DNA from: Sphaerodactylus townsendi
Lineage: Eukaryota
Length of the DNA: 64,000 nucleotides
NCBI RefSeq assembly: GCF_021028975.2
Contig: NC_059433.1
Coordinates: forward strand, 23,002,001-23,066,000
Reading direction: 5' to 3'
A model generated the notes under the pieces. That model searched no databases, was not told the DNA's origin, and saw only the letters and a program-made list of their open reading frames with translations. Every line of letters starts with the position of its first letter. The stretch's first letter is position 1. The position numbers and the translations under genes were made by a program. Shown here one piece after another: positions 22,540-35,140 of this stretch.

Positions 22540-23616
22540 GTAAGCTTCTCTTTAACTCTGTGCAAAAAAAATTGGAACAAACGTGATGAAAATGAGACTT
22601 CTTCCACCAGAAATGAGCAAATGTACATCAGCTATGGCTTTGTTTTCCATTTGTACAGCTAATGGCCCCATCCAAAGGGAGGAGCCCAAATCCGTCTGTG
22701 GAGGTGGCACAGGCCTAGATCTGCAGACTTTCCCCGGCAGAGGGGTGGGTCTGTTGGTGGGTGGCCACTGTAGCCAGATGAAATGACCAGACATGGGTGC
22801 ACAAGCCACACCAGTTTTCCTGTGCATTCCCTGCCTATGGCAGTGTCGGATGGAGGTTCGGGGGGGGGGGTGGTTCTGGGGGTCATGGCTGGGGAGAGCT
22901 GATGTTAGTCAGCTTCCACCTCCGCTTTGCCACCAGAAATGTTGGTGCCTGGCTCCTGGACTTACACCACCTTTTCGGTGGTGTAAATCCATGGCAACCC
23001 TATAGAAGGCTTTATGCCAGTGGTGGAGGAGTTGTTTGCCTTTTTGGCTCCCTGTGCTGCAGTAAAGCTGTACTGGGAATTATGGGAATTCCCATCAGCC
23101 CCTGCTTTTCTTAATAGCAACTGTAGCGGGGAAAGCACAATCTTTCTGTCAGGAAAATAAAGTAATTACAGCGGTGAGCTGACTGACAAACATCTCAGTG
23201 ATATGTGTGTATTTGGCCTTTGAGTCTTTGGTAATCACATGTGACCACTGGGAAGTTAAGAGGTCATCTCTCCCAACTAACATACAAACTAGAACAGTGG
23301 TCAGACATACCACAATGTTTAAGAATCCTTGGATTCTCTAAGGGCTTTAAGCGTCAAACGGCAGCTTGCTATAATCAAGTTATTGCTGTTTAGTGATCCT
23401 TTAAGTTTCCTCCCTACTCTTCCTCTGCCTGAAAACAGAATTGAAGGTAAATGTAACAGACTCATTGAGTTAGACCCCTGTAAGCCCATTGTCTTCAGTG
23501 GATTTAGAAGGGTATAATTCTGCTTCAGATTGCATTGTGTATCTCTAAGGTGAAAACACTATGTTCCATTAATGAAGTCATGTTGAACAGTTTTGGATGC
23601 TACCAATCCCCAAAGG

Positions 23617-23805
23617 ATGCTACCAATCTTGATCCTCCTTGATCTCAGATTGCAAATGCCTTAGCAGACCAGGTGCTCAGGAGCAGCAGCAGCAGCAGAA
23701 GGCCATTGCTTTCACATCCTGCATGTGAGCTCCCAAAGGCACCTGGTGGGCCACTGCGAGTAGCAGAGTGCTGGACTAGATGGACTCTGGTCTGATCCAG
23801 CAGAC
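23617..23805 (+). mobile_element. CR1 3' fragment
   Basis: Reverse complement of 21140-21330. Confidence 0.85.
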
Positions 23806-23808
23806 TGG

Positions 23809-23875
<67 letters not shown>

Positions 23876-23878
23876 TTT
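23809..23878. repeat. (TTTA)n microsatellite
   Basis: Seen directly. Confidence 0.95.
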
Positions 23879-24198
23879 GATTAATTATTTAATTAGTTAC
23901 TTTGTTTATAAACTGCTCCCCCCCCCCCCCCAATAGTGCTGATTATAATTGTATCTCACTTTGGGAACAACACGCTTTGTGCTTAGGGGCTATCAAGAGA
24001 TCTTCCATCTAGAGTCTAGACACTGACAAGACTTACTTCCCCTTAGAATCTGCAAGGTTTTTTGCTCTTTTATTCGTTTATTTAATCACCCATTCTTCAA
24101 CCACAGTTGGCTCCCAAAGTGGCTCACAACAATTTATATTCAGTACAAACTGTGTTTTCATTCCCAGTCAGTGAACAAACTCTGAATCTTTTTGATAG

Positions 24199-24390
24199 GT
24201 GGACACTGAACAACCCACCAAATCAGCAGACGCAGGGCTCACTGTTTCTCCAGATACTTTGGACGAAAACGTCAACTATATTTGCACTCTCATGCAATCA
24301 AACAGACACTTAAAAGAACGTCTCAAGAGGAACCTGGCATATTGTACCAATCAAGAAGAAGCGGTTAGCAGCCCTTCTCCACCAGAAAGT
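24199..24390 (+). CDS. CAGE1: CAGE1 exon (VDTEQPTK...SPSPPES)
   Basis: TAG acceptor, AGT|GTAAGA donor, 192 nt phase 0/0, open frame. Confidence 0.7.
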
Positions 24391-25199
24391 GTAAGACGCC
24401 TTTTTATTTCTTCATTTTATTCATGGGGGGGGGGGGGCGCTATGGGAAAAGGCAGCACTGCTGTGAAAATATGTAAATGCATCAGTAAAAAAGAAAGACA
24501 AAACAGATTATTTTCTTATTTAAAGGAAGACTTGTTCTTAGAAGATTAGTCATCGCTTGATAAAGTGAATGAGTGAATGAACCATCACTGATGTTATATC
24601 ACAGATAGGACTTTTGTATCTCATGAACCACAACTGAGGCTGAAATTTCTAGAGATTTGGGGATGAAACCTGGGGAGAGTTGAGTTTGGGGAGGGGAAGA
24701 AAGGGAAGGAAACACCTCAGTAGGATATAGAGTCTCTCCAAAGCAGCCATCTTCTTCAGGAGAACTGATCTCTGTTGTCTGCAGATCAGTTGTAAATCTG
24801 GATGGTCTCCAGGCCCCGCCCAAAGGTTAGCAACCATAGACACATTGGGTTTCAGGAAATTTACATAATGTATTCAGTTAACAAGTATCAAGAGACTGTG
24901 GAGGAGCTGCAGCTTAGCAGTTACAGTAAGTTGTGTTTACAGAAGGTGGTCACCTTTGTGAACCGGGACGGGGGGGCGGGTAGGTGGTCTCGCGCAGGGG
25001 AGGCTGCCGCACTGCCTTGTGCCCCAGAAGGCAGTGCGGCAGCCTCCCAAAAATCGGGACAATTTGAAGAACCTGCAGGATGCGGGACAGATTGTTTAAA
25101 GGCGGGACTGTCCCGCCAAAAGCGGGACGTCTGGTCAGCCTATCCTAGACGCAATCCCATTGAAAATATAACTGTTAAATAGATCTGTTAAGAGTAAAC

Positions 25200-25735
25200 A
25201 TTTATTTTATTTTATTTTATTTTATTTTATTTTATTTTATTTTATTTTATTTTATTAGACTTGGTGTGCTTCAATTAGACTTCAGTATCACCATTAAAAT
25301 ATTTAAAATGTTTTAAGAAGAATTCAGTAAATTACATTTCAGTACTTTTATACAATTTTCAGATAGTGATAAATAATAACATCCAATGAGGGTCAGCTAT
25401 GGGTTTGATGGAAAAGAGGGAAGGCTAGATGTTCCCGTAGCTGCTTCAACCATCTGTCTGGTAGAACAGCTCTGTCATACAGGTCATGCGGAATTGCCCC
25501 ACAGGGCCCTGGTCTCATGGGACAGAGTGTTTCACCAGACTGGGGCCAGGGCAGAGAAAGCCCTGGCCCTGGTTGAGGCCAGCCGGACTTCCTTAGGGCC
25601 AGGGACCACCAGCAGATTACTGTTTGTCGAATGAAGTATTCTTTGGAGAATGTACCAAGAGAAACAGTCCCAAAGGTACGCAGGTCCCAGACCTCTTAGG
25701 GCTCTGTACGTAAGTACCAGAACCTTGAACTGGTA
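25200..25735 (-). mobile_element. L2 3' fragment with (TAAAA)n tail
   Basis: Similar to 18361-18835; (TTTTA)n at 25200-25256. Confidence 0.75.
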
Positions 25736-26204
25736 TAACTCTGCCTAAGACCTTGATGACAATCAAAACAGACAATGCAAGGCTAGATAATTAATCAACT
25801 CTCTGTGACCCAGTTTCAAATCCGCACTCTGTCCTGAAACTTGCTGAGCTACCATGGGTGAGTCACTCTTTCTCAACCTACCTTAAGGGTGTTGGTTGTG
25901 AAGATTAAATGGGGAACAGAGGATCATATGCAACATATGTTGCACTCTGAGTTCCTTGAAGGAAAATCCAGGATAAAAATGTACTAGATTGGTAGTAGAT
26001 TGAATAGTCCAGAAAGAGCAAGTGTTGGATGCCCAGAAATGCAGCCATAGCAAAAGGACGTCTCTTGAGGTCAAATTATGGAAATGTTCCCACTTTAGTT
26101 TGAAAGCTATCAAGTCACTTTCTAACATCTTCTAAAAATTGTAAAATAAACAAATTGATTATTTCCGATCAAGTGATTTGAGCTTCCTTTTTAACTTGAA
26201 AAAG

Positions 26205-27419
26205 GTTGGAACTGTATCCAAAAGAGAACATAAAGCAGAAAAGAAATTAACACCTCTACAAGCAGAGATGGCAAAAGACTGTAGGCAAGGGGATGTAGGA
26301 GACCAAGGCATTTCTCCTTCCCACGTTACAAGGAGCTGCTGCCTGAATCCTTATGAAGCATCCCTAAAACTCTATGAGAGAAACACCTTGGAATTTAGTT
26401 CAAAGCAACTGCTGCTTCAGGAAGGTGACATGGACTTCTATGGGACAATTAATGGCTTAGGGCACAACCAGCAACAGCAGCTGACCCACATTTTGGATCT
26501 TCAGCACTGCAGTGTGGTTTTAGAGAAGAAGATTAGTGAAATGGAGACACTGCTGCTTCAGGAAGGAGATATGGGCTGGGACAAAGCCATCCAGGAACTC
26601 AAGCAGGACCAAAAGAAGCAGCAGACCCAAATCATGGATCTCTACTACGATGCTGTTTCCATGGGAACCAGGGTTAAAGAGTTGGAGGTGGACGTTCTCA
26701 AGCAGCGTGACTTCTTTGACACCATCAACACCTTGAAGAGGACTGTTGCTGATCTCACAGAAGCCAAGAACAGGGCCACAGAGGAGAAGGACAGGGCAGA
26801 AAGTTTCCTGAAGAGCAGAGAAGAGGCTTTCGCCAGCACTAATGGTCATCTTCAGGATGTTGAGGCGGAGAGATCAACTCTGATGCTGCAGCTGAAAAAG
26901 TTTAAGGCTGATGTGAGTGCCTTCCAGGGAAAGCTTCAGGAAGAAATGGAACAGAAGGCCAAATACATGGACCAGTGTGTGGAGCTGGACTCCATTTTCC
27001 ACAGGAAAGAGCAAGAAATACAAGAGCTGAGGAACATCAAGCACCAGTTGGAACAGGAGGTTGGAGGCACTGTGTCAGCTCTGCAAAAGATGAAGGAAGA
27101 AAAGCACACCCTTGAGAAGCATGTCAAATCCCTGCAGGCAGTGCTGCAGAGGCAGAAGGACGAGCGGCGGGCTGAAAGGAAAAGGCTGGGCTCCAGATAC
27201 AACAAACTGGTCGCTCAGATCAAAATCTTGCAGGTGCAGTCTGAGAACGAACAGGCGGAGATGGAGAAAATGCAGCAGCAGGTCCACATGTTCAGAATGG
27301 AGAATGACGGACTTCAGCAGCAGGTGGCAAAGGGCAAAAATGAGAACCAGTTACTACAGGCGGAGTCTGCCAGGTGGAAAGAACAGTGTGACCAGATCAG
27401 AGAATCACAAACACTGAAG
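26205..27419 (+). CDS. CAGE1: CAGE1 large coiled-coil exon
   Basis: 405-codon open exon; RVKELEVDVLKQRDFFDTINTLK, LQLKKFKA, SENEQ, LQQQVAK motifs match the recalled human CAGE1 coiled coil; AAG acceptor, AAG|GTACCT donor. Confidence 0.9.
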
Positions 27420-28072
27420 GTACCTGGGGATCTGAAATGGCTGAATAGAAAGATAATTTTAGGGGTACAACTATTCAAGGGATGCCATAGTAGATTACAG
27501 GTAGATTCCCAACTGGCTCCCATAATGGCCAGCCAGATAATTTTGAAACTATGGTTCGATGAGGACTTCTACCTTGTTCATGTCCTCCTTAGGCATGTCT
27601 GGGAGGGAGGGAGGAAGGGAGCGAGCGAGCGAGCAACTGCAGTAGACTGCCTTCAGGGGGACACTTGGCTTATAATGGAGTAGCAAAACCCTGTCCTTTT
27701 TTTTCACTTTAGTGCAAGTTCCTTAAAAAATCTGCCTCAGTGTTTTCAGCTTACTGGGAGATGTCTTTTGACTAGCATTTAGCATGTATGGTATTGTTGG
27801 ACCCCACAAACCTGGGGTCCATTGTACTTAACCCTGGAGGGCTCCATTGATTATAATAATTCAAATGGTACCCCCAACCCATTTCTCCCTACCCCCAGTC
27901 TCCAGACTTGAAATTTGTGAGAACCGTTTGATAAGAAATTTCAAAGCCAGTTTCAGAACCCTCAACGGAAGGAAATCCCCCCCATCTGTACCTCAAGACA
28001 GTAGTGAATATTAGTGATGGAAGGATTTAATAAGCCTCCGTGTTCATAAAATACTGTTCTGTTTTTGTCTAG

Positions 28073-28195
28073 GAGAAGATGCAGTACCAGATTATCGAGG
28101 TACTCAGCTATAAGCTTCAACTACAGCAGGAAGAACTGAGGAAAAAAGAAGAAATAATCGCATGGAAGATGCACATTTTGGGAAGGCTTCATTTG
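28073..28195 (+). CDS. CAGE1: Candidate CAGE1 exon (EKMQYQIIEVLSYKLQLQQEELRKKEE...)
   Basis: Good acceptor, coiled-coil-like open frame, phase 0/0; no human counterpart recalled. Confidence 0.5.
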
Positions 28196-28383
28196 GTACA
28201 TTCATTTTTTGGGGAGGGTATATTCTTAGAACAGTACCAGGGGGTGGGGGATTGTGTAGGACTGAGCCACAATCAGCACAAAATTACATATATGCTTAAG
28301 CCATTGATTTCAGTGTGCTACAAGTATAACTGAAGCTGAAACTATACGATGAGTATTCTCTGTTTTGTCACTGTTTTCAGTAG

Positions 28384-28409
28384 ACTATAACAATAGCAGC
28401 ACGCACATG
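28384..28409 (+). CDS. CAGE1: Candidate 26-nt CAGE1 exon
   Basis: CAGTAG acceptor, TG|GTAAGG donor; phase 2 out fits the next candidate exon. Confidence 0.3.
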
Positions 28410-29325
28410 GTAAGGATTCTCCATTATACATTAATTGCAACCGTGGAGATCTGTAGAGAATTGTTGCAACTGTGGAAATTCTTATGTTCTTATGTTCTTA
28501 AACCGGGTGGATGCATTGACAGCAGAGTCTACGCATGAGCTTTCTGCTCTTTCCTGACAGCTGCAATTTCACCCTGCATTTCCCCACCCCTCCCCATACC
28601 ACTAAAGAATTTTTGAAGGTTTTAAAAAACAATGGTATGGCATTATAATGCCGCAGTAGTTTGTGTTATAAAAATCCCTTAAAAGTTATCTGCAGGGATG
28701 GTTACAAGGACCTGGCGGAAGGACCTGGTTACAAGGACCTGGTAGAAGGAAAACAGTGGTCGTTTCCCCATTTACCTCGACCACCATTTGCTGCGCGCTA
28801 CTCTCAGCCTTGGCGTCATCTCTAGCTCGGGATTCCCCGACCCGAGCCGCGGTGCATCAAAAGGCACCGTTTTGAGGAGAATGGCAGCTGAGAGCCTTGG
28901 CAGCGATGAGGAGGCTGACAACGTTGTGGCTGCCTAGCAGTGGGGAAGTGCTGGGACCCAGCTGCAGGAGAGTAGCATGAACTGATGCGGTGGGGAAACG
29001 ACCAGTATTGATGTGGGTGGGATGTGCAAAAGTGCCCTACTTCCTATCCATTCCACATTCTAACACTCTTGGGCTTCATTCTTCCTGAAAAGATCAAAAT
29101 AGAGCAGGTTTGAGAATGACAATCATGAGGGTGGGGAAAACTGAAAAAGGAAAAGATTAGAATACAGTATTGCACAGATGGTCCCAAAAAAGCAGCACTC
29201 TGGTTTGGAGGCAAATTGGAGAAAAAAATGGGTGTGGCTTTGGGCTGCTATCGAACATCTCAATAAACTATGGTTTGTCTAAACCGTGAATTGTGCAGCA
29301 ATACCCCCTTCGGGGGTAGGACGGT

Positions 29326-29479
29326 NNNNNNNNNNNNNNNNNNNNNNNNNNNNNNNNNNNNNNNNNNNNNNNNNNNNNNNNNNNNNNNNNNNNNNNNNNN
29401 NNNNNNNNNNNNNNNNNNNNNNNNNNNNNNNNNNNNNNNNNNNNNNNNNNNNNNNNNNNNNNNNNNNNNNNNNNNNNNN
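29326..29479. other. Assembly gap (154 N)
   Basis: N run. Confidence 1.
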
Positions 29480-29613
29480 GCAGACAGCTTAGGGGGGAAA
29501 GGTGCACTTTGAAGTGTTCTCGAAAAAAGATACCTTGAGCAGAAATAAGGTGTCCTGAAGACTTCTTGGGGAAAAGGCTGTGTGGAGTTCCTCCCCAAGA
29601 TTCCTTTTTTTAG

Positions 29614-29701
29614 CATCCTCAGGATGTCTTATTTGTGTTGTGCAGAATGGACCGATAATGAGGAAGATCTCTGTGGCATACAAACTGGTCTGACTTTCTG
29701 T
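29614..29701 (+). CDS. CAGE1: Candidate CAGE1 exon (ILRMSYLCCAEWTDNEEDLCG...)
   Basis: T-rich TAG acceptor in phase 2; GTAAAA donor in phase 0 restores frame to the 30075 exon. Confidence 0.3.
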
Positions 29702-30074
29702 GTAAAAGGTTTTGTAGCTGTGCCAGAAGATGATTGTAAAGCCAACCATTTCCACCTAGATACTCAACTGGAAAAAAGTAAAAATAAATAAGTTCCCCTA
29801 AAGTATTTTACCCCTTTTCTCTTTTAAAAATGCACATATTTTAAACACTCCCCCTTAACCCTAAATTTAAATGACATATTGAAATATTGAAATACATTTT
29901 GCATTCATTATACTTACAGTACAATCTTAAGCAGAGCTACATCCTTCTAAAAACTCATTAAAGTCAGTGGGTTTAGAAGGGCATAACTCTGTTTAGGATT
30001 GCACTGTTACAGTTCTAATGATCACAGTTACCAAACTAATTCATAATCTTCAATGTATGCTCTGTTTAAAACAG

Positions 30075-30224
30075 GACATGAAGTCAGTGCAGTCTGATTT
30101 GTCCACCAGAAGCCTCCACACTGAAGAAAACCATTCCAACTCTCCCTATGTCCAGAAAGCATCCAACCTCTTGACGAAAATTCGCAGTCTTTTGGCTCTA
30201 ACAGAGGGCTTACTTACCTGTCAG
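30075..30224 (+). CDS. CAGE1: CAGE1 exon (...KASNLLTKIRSLLALTEGLLTCQ)
   Basis: Matches human [32 protein letters not shown] donor. Confidence 0.88.
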
Positions 30225-32540
30225 GTAATGCAAAACAGCCCCTTCAATACCAGTCTAAATAATAACTAAAGAATTAGTTCTATGCTCCATCTGGACCTAC
30301 TAACCATCTTGGCATTCACTGTATTGTATATTTCCAACACGAATGAAATAAATCTTGCTTCTGTGCCAGGAAAACAAATCGGTCTTATTGTAGTCCCTTC
30401 CCTCCAACATTCATCAATCATGATTGTGTAGGCAAAGCCCGTGTATGTTTTATCTGCTGAAGTAATTTTGAAGGCTTTAAATGAATAGGCAGCCAGGGCA
30501 GTGACAATCAAACATGACCCAAAATCAACATTCACTGCTTGTTTATGGTGGTAGTGAAAAGCACCTTCAAGTCACAGTTGACTTTCCTATCAACTGTGAC
30601 CTTGTAGGGTTTTTACAGCAAGAGATGTTGGAAGGTGGTTTGCCTTTGCCTTCCTCCCCATGGGCTGAGAGAGTTCTGAGAGAACTGTAGCTGGCCCAAG
30701 GTTAACCAGTAGGTTTCATGTGGAGGAGTAGGGAATTGAACTCGGTTCTCCAGATTATAAACTGCTGCTCTTAACCACTATATGCTGCCTCAGTGCCTGT
30801 TTATAGGAAGAGCCATTAAGCAGATCACAAAGGCAAGCACCTATACTGCTATGCAAGGGCTTCCTGCCCAAGCTGTTATGGGATTTTGTTCACATCTGCA
30901 TGTAAGGCACGGATATCACCGGCTGCTTCTCATCTTATTGTGACCTCTTTCTTAAACATTCTTGGATATTGCTACAATCAAGATGCTTTCATAAATTCAC
31001 TGAGCCTTGGAAAACAACAACTCTCTAGATATTAATGCGTCATCCAGACATACATTCCCTCTGTTGTGGTTTCATTATTAGCTTATGGAGCTTTCTCATA
31101 CACCTAAACCGCTTACCTGTGATGAGGTAACGTGATAACAAGAAAACTCTTTTTCGCGCATTATTTTTTATTTTATTTTATTTATTATTTATATTTATAC
31201 CCTTCTAAAGAGGCTCCAGGTGATTGTCCATCTTACTAAAACAATTTAAAACATCAAATATATACTTTACAATAAAATAATATATAAAATACTAAGCTTC
31301 TAGATGGCTGTACTTCCTTTATAAAATACTAAACAACCCTAGTTTGCCCCTTTATGTACCCGGAGGCCAGATGTTCTTATGGTGGAGTTGACATCCAGCT
31401 GGCCGCCTGTGAGGAACAGGATGATTTCCACAGGCGCTGACATTATCTTAGATCCAAACTTTCACTGCACAACTAAAAGAGTACTTCCACTTGGGCAAGA
31501 AGGGGAATGATTTCTGCTGATTTCCCATTCCCACTACGGACTCCCCACACCACATCGCATGCTGCTCTAAGAGTCCCCTGGAAGGATTACAAAAACTGGG
31601 CACATGCACAGACAGGTTGCACACTATGTCACACAGTATACTGTATACCTAGTTGACGGGACATGCATGCGGGCCTCTTCTGGACAATGGCAGTATTAAC
31701 CAGGCCAGACTTCAGAGCGTTGCAAAGCCTGTGATCGCTTTCAGGTGACTCATTCGGGCCAATGTTCTGTCACTCCAGTACAATGCAAAGCTGTACAGGG
31801 AGCTAGGGAACACTAAAGTTTCAGAGTTTGTACGCAGGCTCCAGCGGGAGGAATTTCTGTCAGTAGAATGGGACTTCCTTTTCCCGCACCCATGTTGCTG
31901 CAGCCCAAAGTGCTCTCCCAAAATGCTACTTCTGTGGGACAGGAAACCCCAAGGAACAGCATGAGGGATGAGTCTACAATGAAACTAAAGACTCAGGGGA
32001 AAAAAATCTACTCGTTGAAATCTATCACTGGATCCAACCCACTGACGACAATCCTCCAAGTATTATTTGGGTTTCACCCTGTAGGGCTCTGTGAGAGCTA
32101 GGATTGTCAACACTGGGTTGGGAAATTTGGGGGGTGTTTGGCTAATTTTTATACATGATGTTCAGTGAAATGGACAGTTATTTGAATTTTAAAAAGTACC
32201 CCTACTTAACCTGGGAGGCATGAATAATTTCTTGACCAACTGCTCAGGGAATGGAATATTTGTGGCTTTGACATCATTGGTGCACTCGGGACTATAAAGA
32301 AGAGTTACATGACGAGAGTGTCGTGCTGTGGTTCTCCATGCCAAGACCAGCATGGACTTGCAACTCGGTTGCTGTTATAGGCACTTGCGGTTGACAAAAT
32401 CACAAGGGCAGAAGAAGAACTTCATTGAGACTGGTCAGGAGAGTGAACCAATCAAAGCATGATTCATCCCTGCACACTGGAAAGGCAACTTATACATATC
32501 TTAGGCAGCCTGGTGTCTTTTTCCTGTTCTCTGAGTGAGC

Positions 32541-33091
32541 CACTGGCGTAATGACCATTGGGCAAGGTGGGCAGCTGCCCAGGGCATCACCTTGTCGGGG
32601 GCATCAAAATGCTGGGTTCGTTTTTGGGTATTTTAGTGGTTTTCCATTTTTGGCCTGCAGGGGGCGCAGTTTTTAGGCTAGCGGCACCAAAATTTCAGCG
32701 TATCATCAGGAGACTGTCCTTCTGCTACCCCCCAAGTTTGGTGAGGTTTGGTTTAGGGAGTCCAAAGTTATGGACTCCCAAAGGGGGTGCCCCTATCCCC
32801 CATTGTTTCCAATGGGAGCTAATAGGAGATGGGGCTACAGTTTTGAGGGTCCATAACTTTGACCCCCCTGAACCAAACTGCACCAAACCTGGGGGGTATC
32901 ATCAGGGCATTCTCCTGATGATATGCTGAAATTGTGGTGCTGATATGTCTAAAAATGCACTCCCTAAAGGCATCAATGTCCCGGTGCCAAAAAAAAATTG
33001 GTTGTGGTGGAGTGGCCGCCCATGGGGGGGCATCCAACTCAGGTTTTGCCCAGGGCTACAGTTTGCCCAGGGCTGCCTCGTTACGCCCCTG
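32541..33091. mobile_element. hAT non-autonomous element
   Basis: TIR CAsnGGCGTAA; 8-bp TSD GAGTGAGC; internal units shared with 11780-12085. Confidence 0.85.
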
Positions 33092-34255
33092 GAGTGAGCA
33101 TAGCACTAGTAAGAGGTTTGGTGAGCCATTTCAATATTTAAAACACATTAATAAAGTTAGCTTTGCCTGCTGATAATGCGTATGTGTCTTTTTTGTTGTT
33201 GTTTCCAATGAGCTGTTTTTGAAGCTATGGAGACTCGATATGAGAATTGGCAGTATGTGCAGATTTCAAGTCTCCGCTAAATGTTAGTAATTTCAGATAT
33301 CAAATGGGTTACCAAGTGTATCTGGTCGTATGGGTTCCTTTTTTAAAGTGTTGGCGGTTGTGGGAACAGGTGTTTAAGAAATGAGTTATGCTTTTCCTGT
33401 ATTATAAACTGTTTGCCTGTTTTACACTCGTGTTGTAATTCTTTAAGAGATATTACTGCTGCACTCACAATGCACCAAATGTAGCATAATGGGTGAACAT
33501 TTTTCTAGGGAACTGTCATCCTGATTTTCTTATGGTATTGTGTGATTCTATTGTATTGGGGTTCATTATTATTGGATTATTGTACTGTACTGAATTTTAT
33601 TATAGTTTGTAAGCCACACTAAATATGGACTATAGAATAAATAAATTTAATAATAAATAAAAAGTACTAGTCTCAAAGGGGGAAATATGGTGGAAATTTA
33701 CAGAATCGAGACTAGGTTTGGTTGTCGTCTTGGGGTTGTCAGCTTGCTTCTTTTACCCGTAATCCTTTTCCAGCATACTGCCTGATCTGCAAGAATGCTA
33801 CGCCTAGGAGTTGCCCTTTGGTCAAGATCAGTGCAGGCATTCCAGAGTCTAATTGTGCCATCCCTGAAGTCTAAACATCCAAGAGATAATGGTATCTGAG
33901 ATTACCCTTGATGGAGACCTGATGTTTTCATCATGTTTTCATCATGTTTTCATCATGTTTTCATCATGTGATGAGTATGCTCCCCACAGCCATATCCTCT
34001 TGGAATGCCTGGATACTGTACATTCTTGATTGACATATATTATCTCTTCTGTCAACTATAAAGGCATAAAACTTGGTTGTTTCTTTTATTTCATACTTCA
34101 TGCCAATGCTACCAGTGGTTTGTGTGGGCCTTGGTATGCAGATGGAATATATTCCTTATTAATCTTATATTAAGCAGTATTGGGTTTTTTGGGGTTGTAA
34201 CTGCTATGCATGTTTCTTTTTAATATGTTATATGGTGTAATATATTGTTTTAGAT

Positions 34256-34896
34256 CAGTGTTTCCCAACCTTTTCGAGTCAGAACTCTTGACCTCGAGGT
34301 CAGGGTCTCTCATATGACCTGCACTACCCTCACATCTCACGGTACCCACCTTCCCCGGCCATCCCATTGCCCTGCGCCACACCCCCCACCTTCCCCTCCC
34401 AGGGTGAAGGGAAGCACGGGGGGAGGGGTGGCTGCTGACCTTGCGGCAGGCTCTGCCCCATGGGCCAGCTCCATGTCCTTGCTGGCGCCGGTGGGAGACA
34501 CCACAAAAATGAGGGGGGGGGGGCGTTAGTGTTGCCACGGTACCCCTGGGACATGCTCATGGCACCCCAGGGTACTACGGAACCCTGGTTGAGAATGGCT
34601 GTTTTAGATTGTTCAGCTCTCTCTCTCTCTCTCTCCATTAGTTAATATTAATTCCCCCCCCCCCCACCTTCCTCCCAGGGTGAAGGGAAGCACGGGGGAG
34701 GGTGGCTGCTGACTCCATGGCAGGCTCCTTCTGCCCCATGGGCCAGCTCCATGTCCTTGCTGGCGCCGGTGGGAGACACCACAAAAATGAGGGGGGGGGC
34801 GGGTGTTGCCACTGCACTCTGGGACATGCTTCATGGCACCCCAGGGTACTACGGAACCCTGGTTGAGAATGGCTGTTTTAGATTGTTCAGCTCTCT
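34256..34896. mobile_element. hAT MITE whose right ~240 bp plus flank is tandemly duplicated
   Basis: TSD TTTTAGAT; 34380-34625 repeated at 34660-34896. Confidence 0.75.
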
Positions 34897-35044
34897 CCTG
34901 CAGGTGGATCTGAACTTTCAGCCACTCACTCCATCCAGCCAACAGACTCAGGGAAACTTGGAGCTCCAGGAAGCTCCTTCCTGGACCCAGGATTCTGTGA
35001 CGGTAGTGCACACTCTTCATTTTATATCACTGTTTATTTGATAG

Positions 35045-35140
35045 GACAGCAAGACAGTTGCTGACAGTTCCAAGAAGAGTCAAACTGGTATCGAACAAAA
35101 TGAAGAAACCAAGAGCTTCTCAATTAAAAATAAAACCAAG
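35045..35140 (+). CDS. CAGE1: CAGE1 exon (DSKTVADSSKKSQ...KNKTK)
   Basis: TAG acceptor, AAG|GTAGCA donor, 96 nt; weak similarity to the next human exon. Confidence 0.65.

Noticed and set aside
27420-27683. C-terminal 87 aa of the 501-aa ORF as coding
   Set aside because: Read-through past the AAG|GTACCT donor; composition changes and coiled-coil character ends
33925-33968. Short direct-repeat arrays (also 46253-46297) as CRISPR-like
   Set aside because: Head-to-tail minisatellites without spacers, in a vertebrate genome
34380-34896. Tandem ~240-bp duplication as a biological event
   Set aside because: Copies differ largely in homopolymer lengths and include the same flank; more likely an assembly overlap artefact (check with raw reads)
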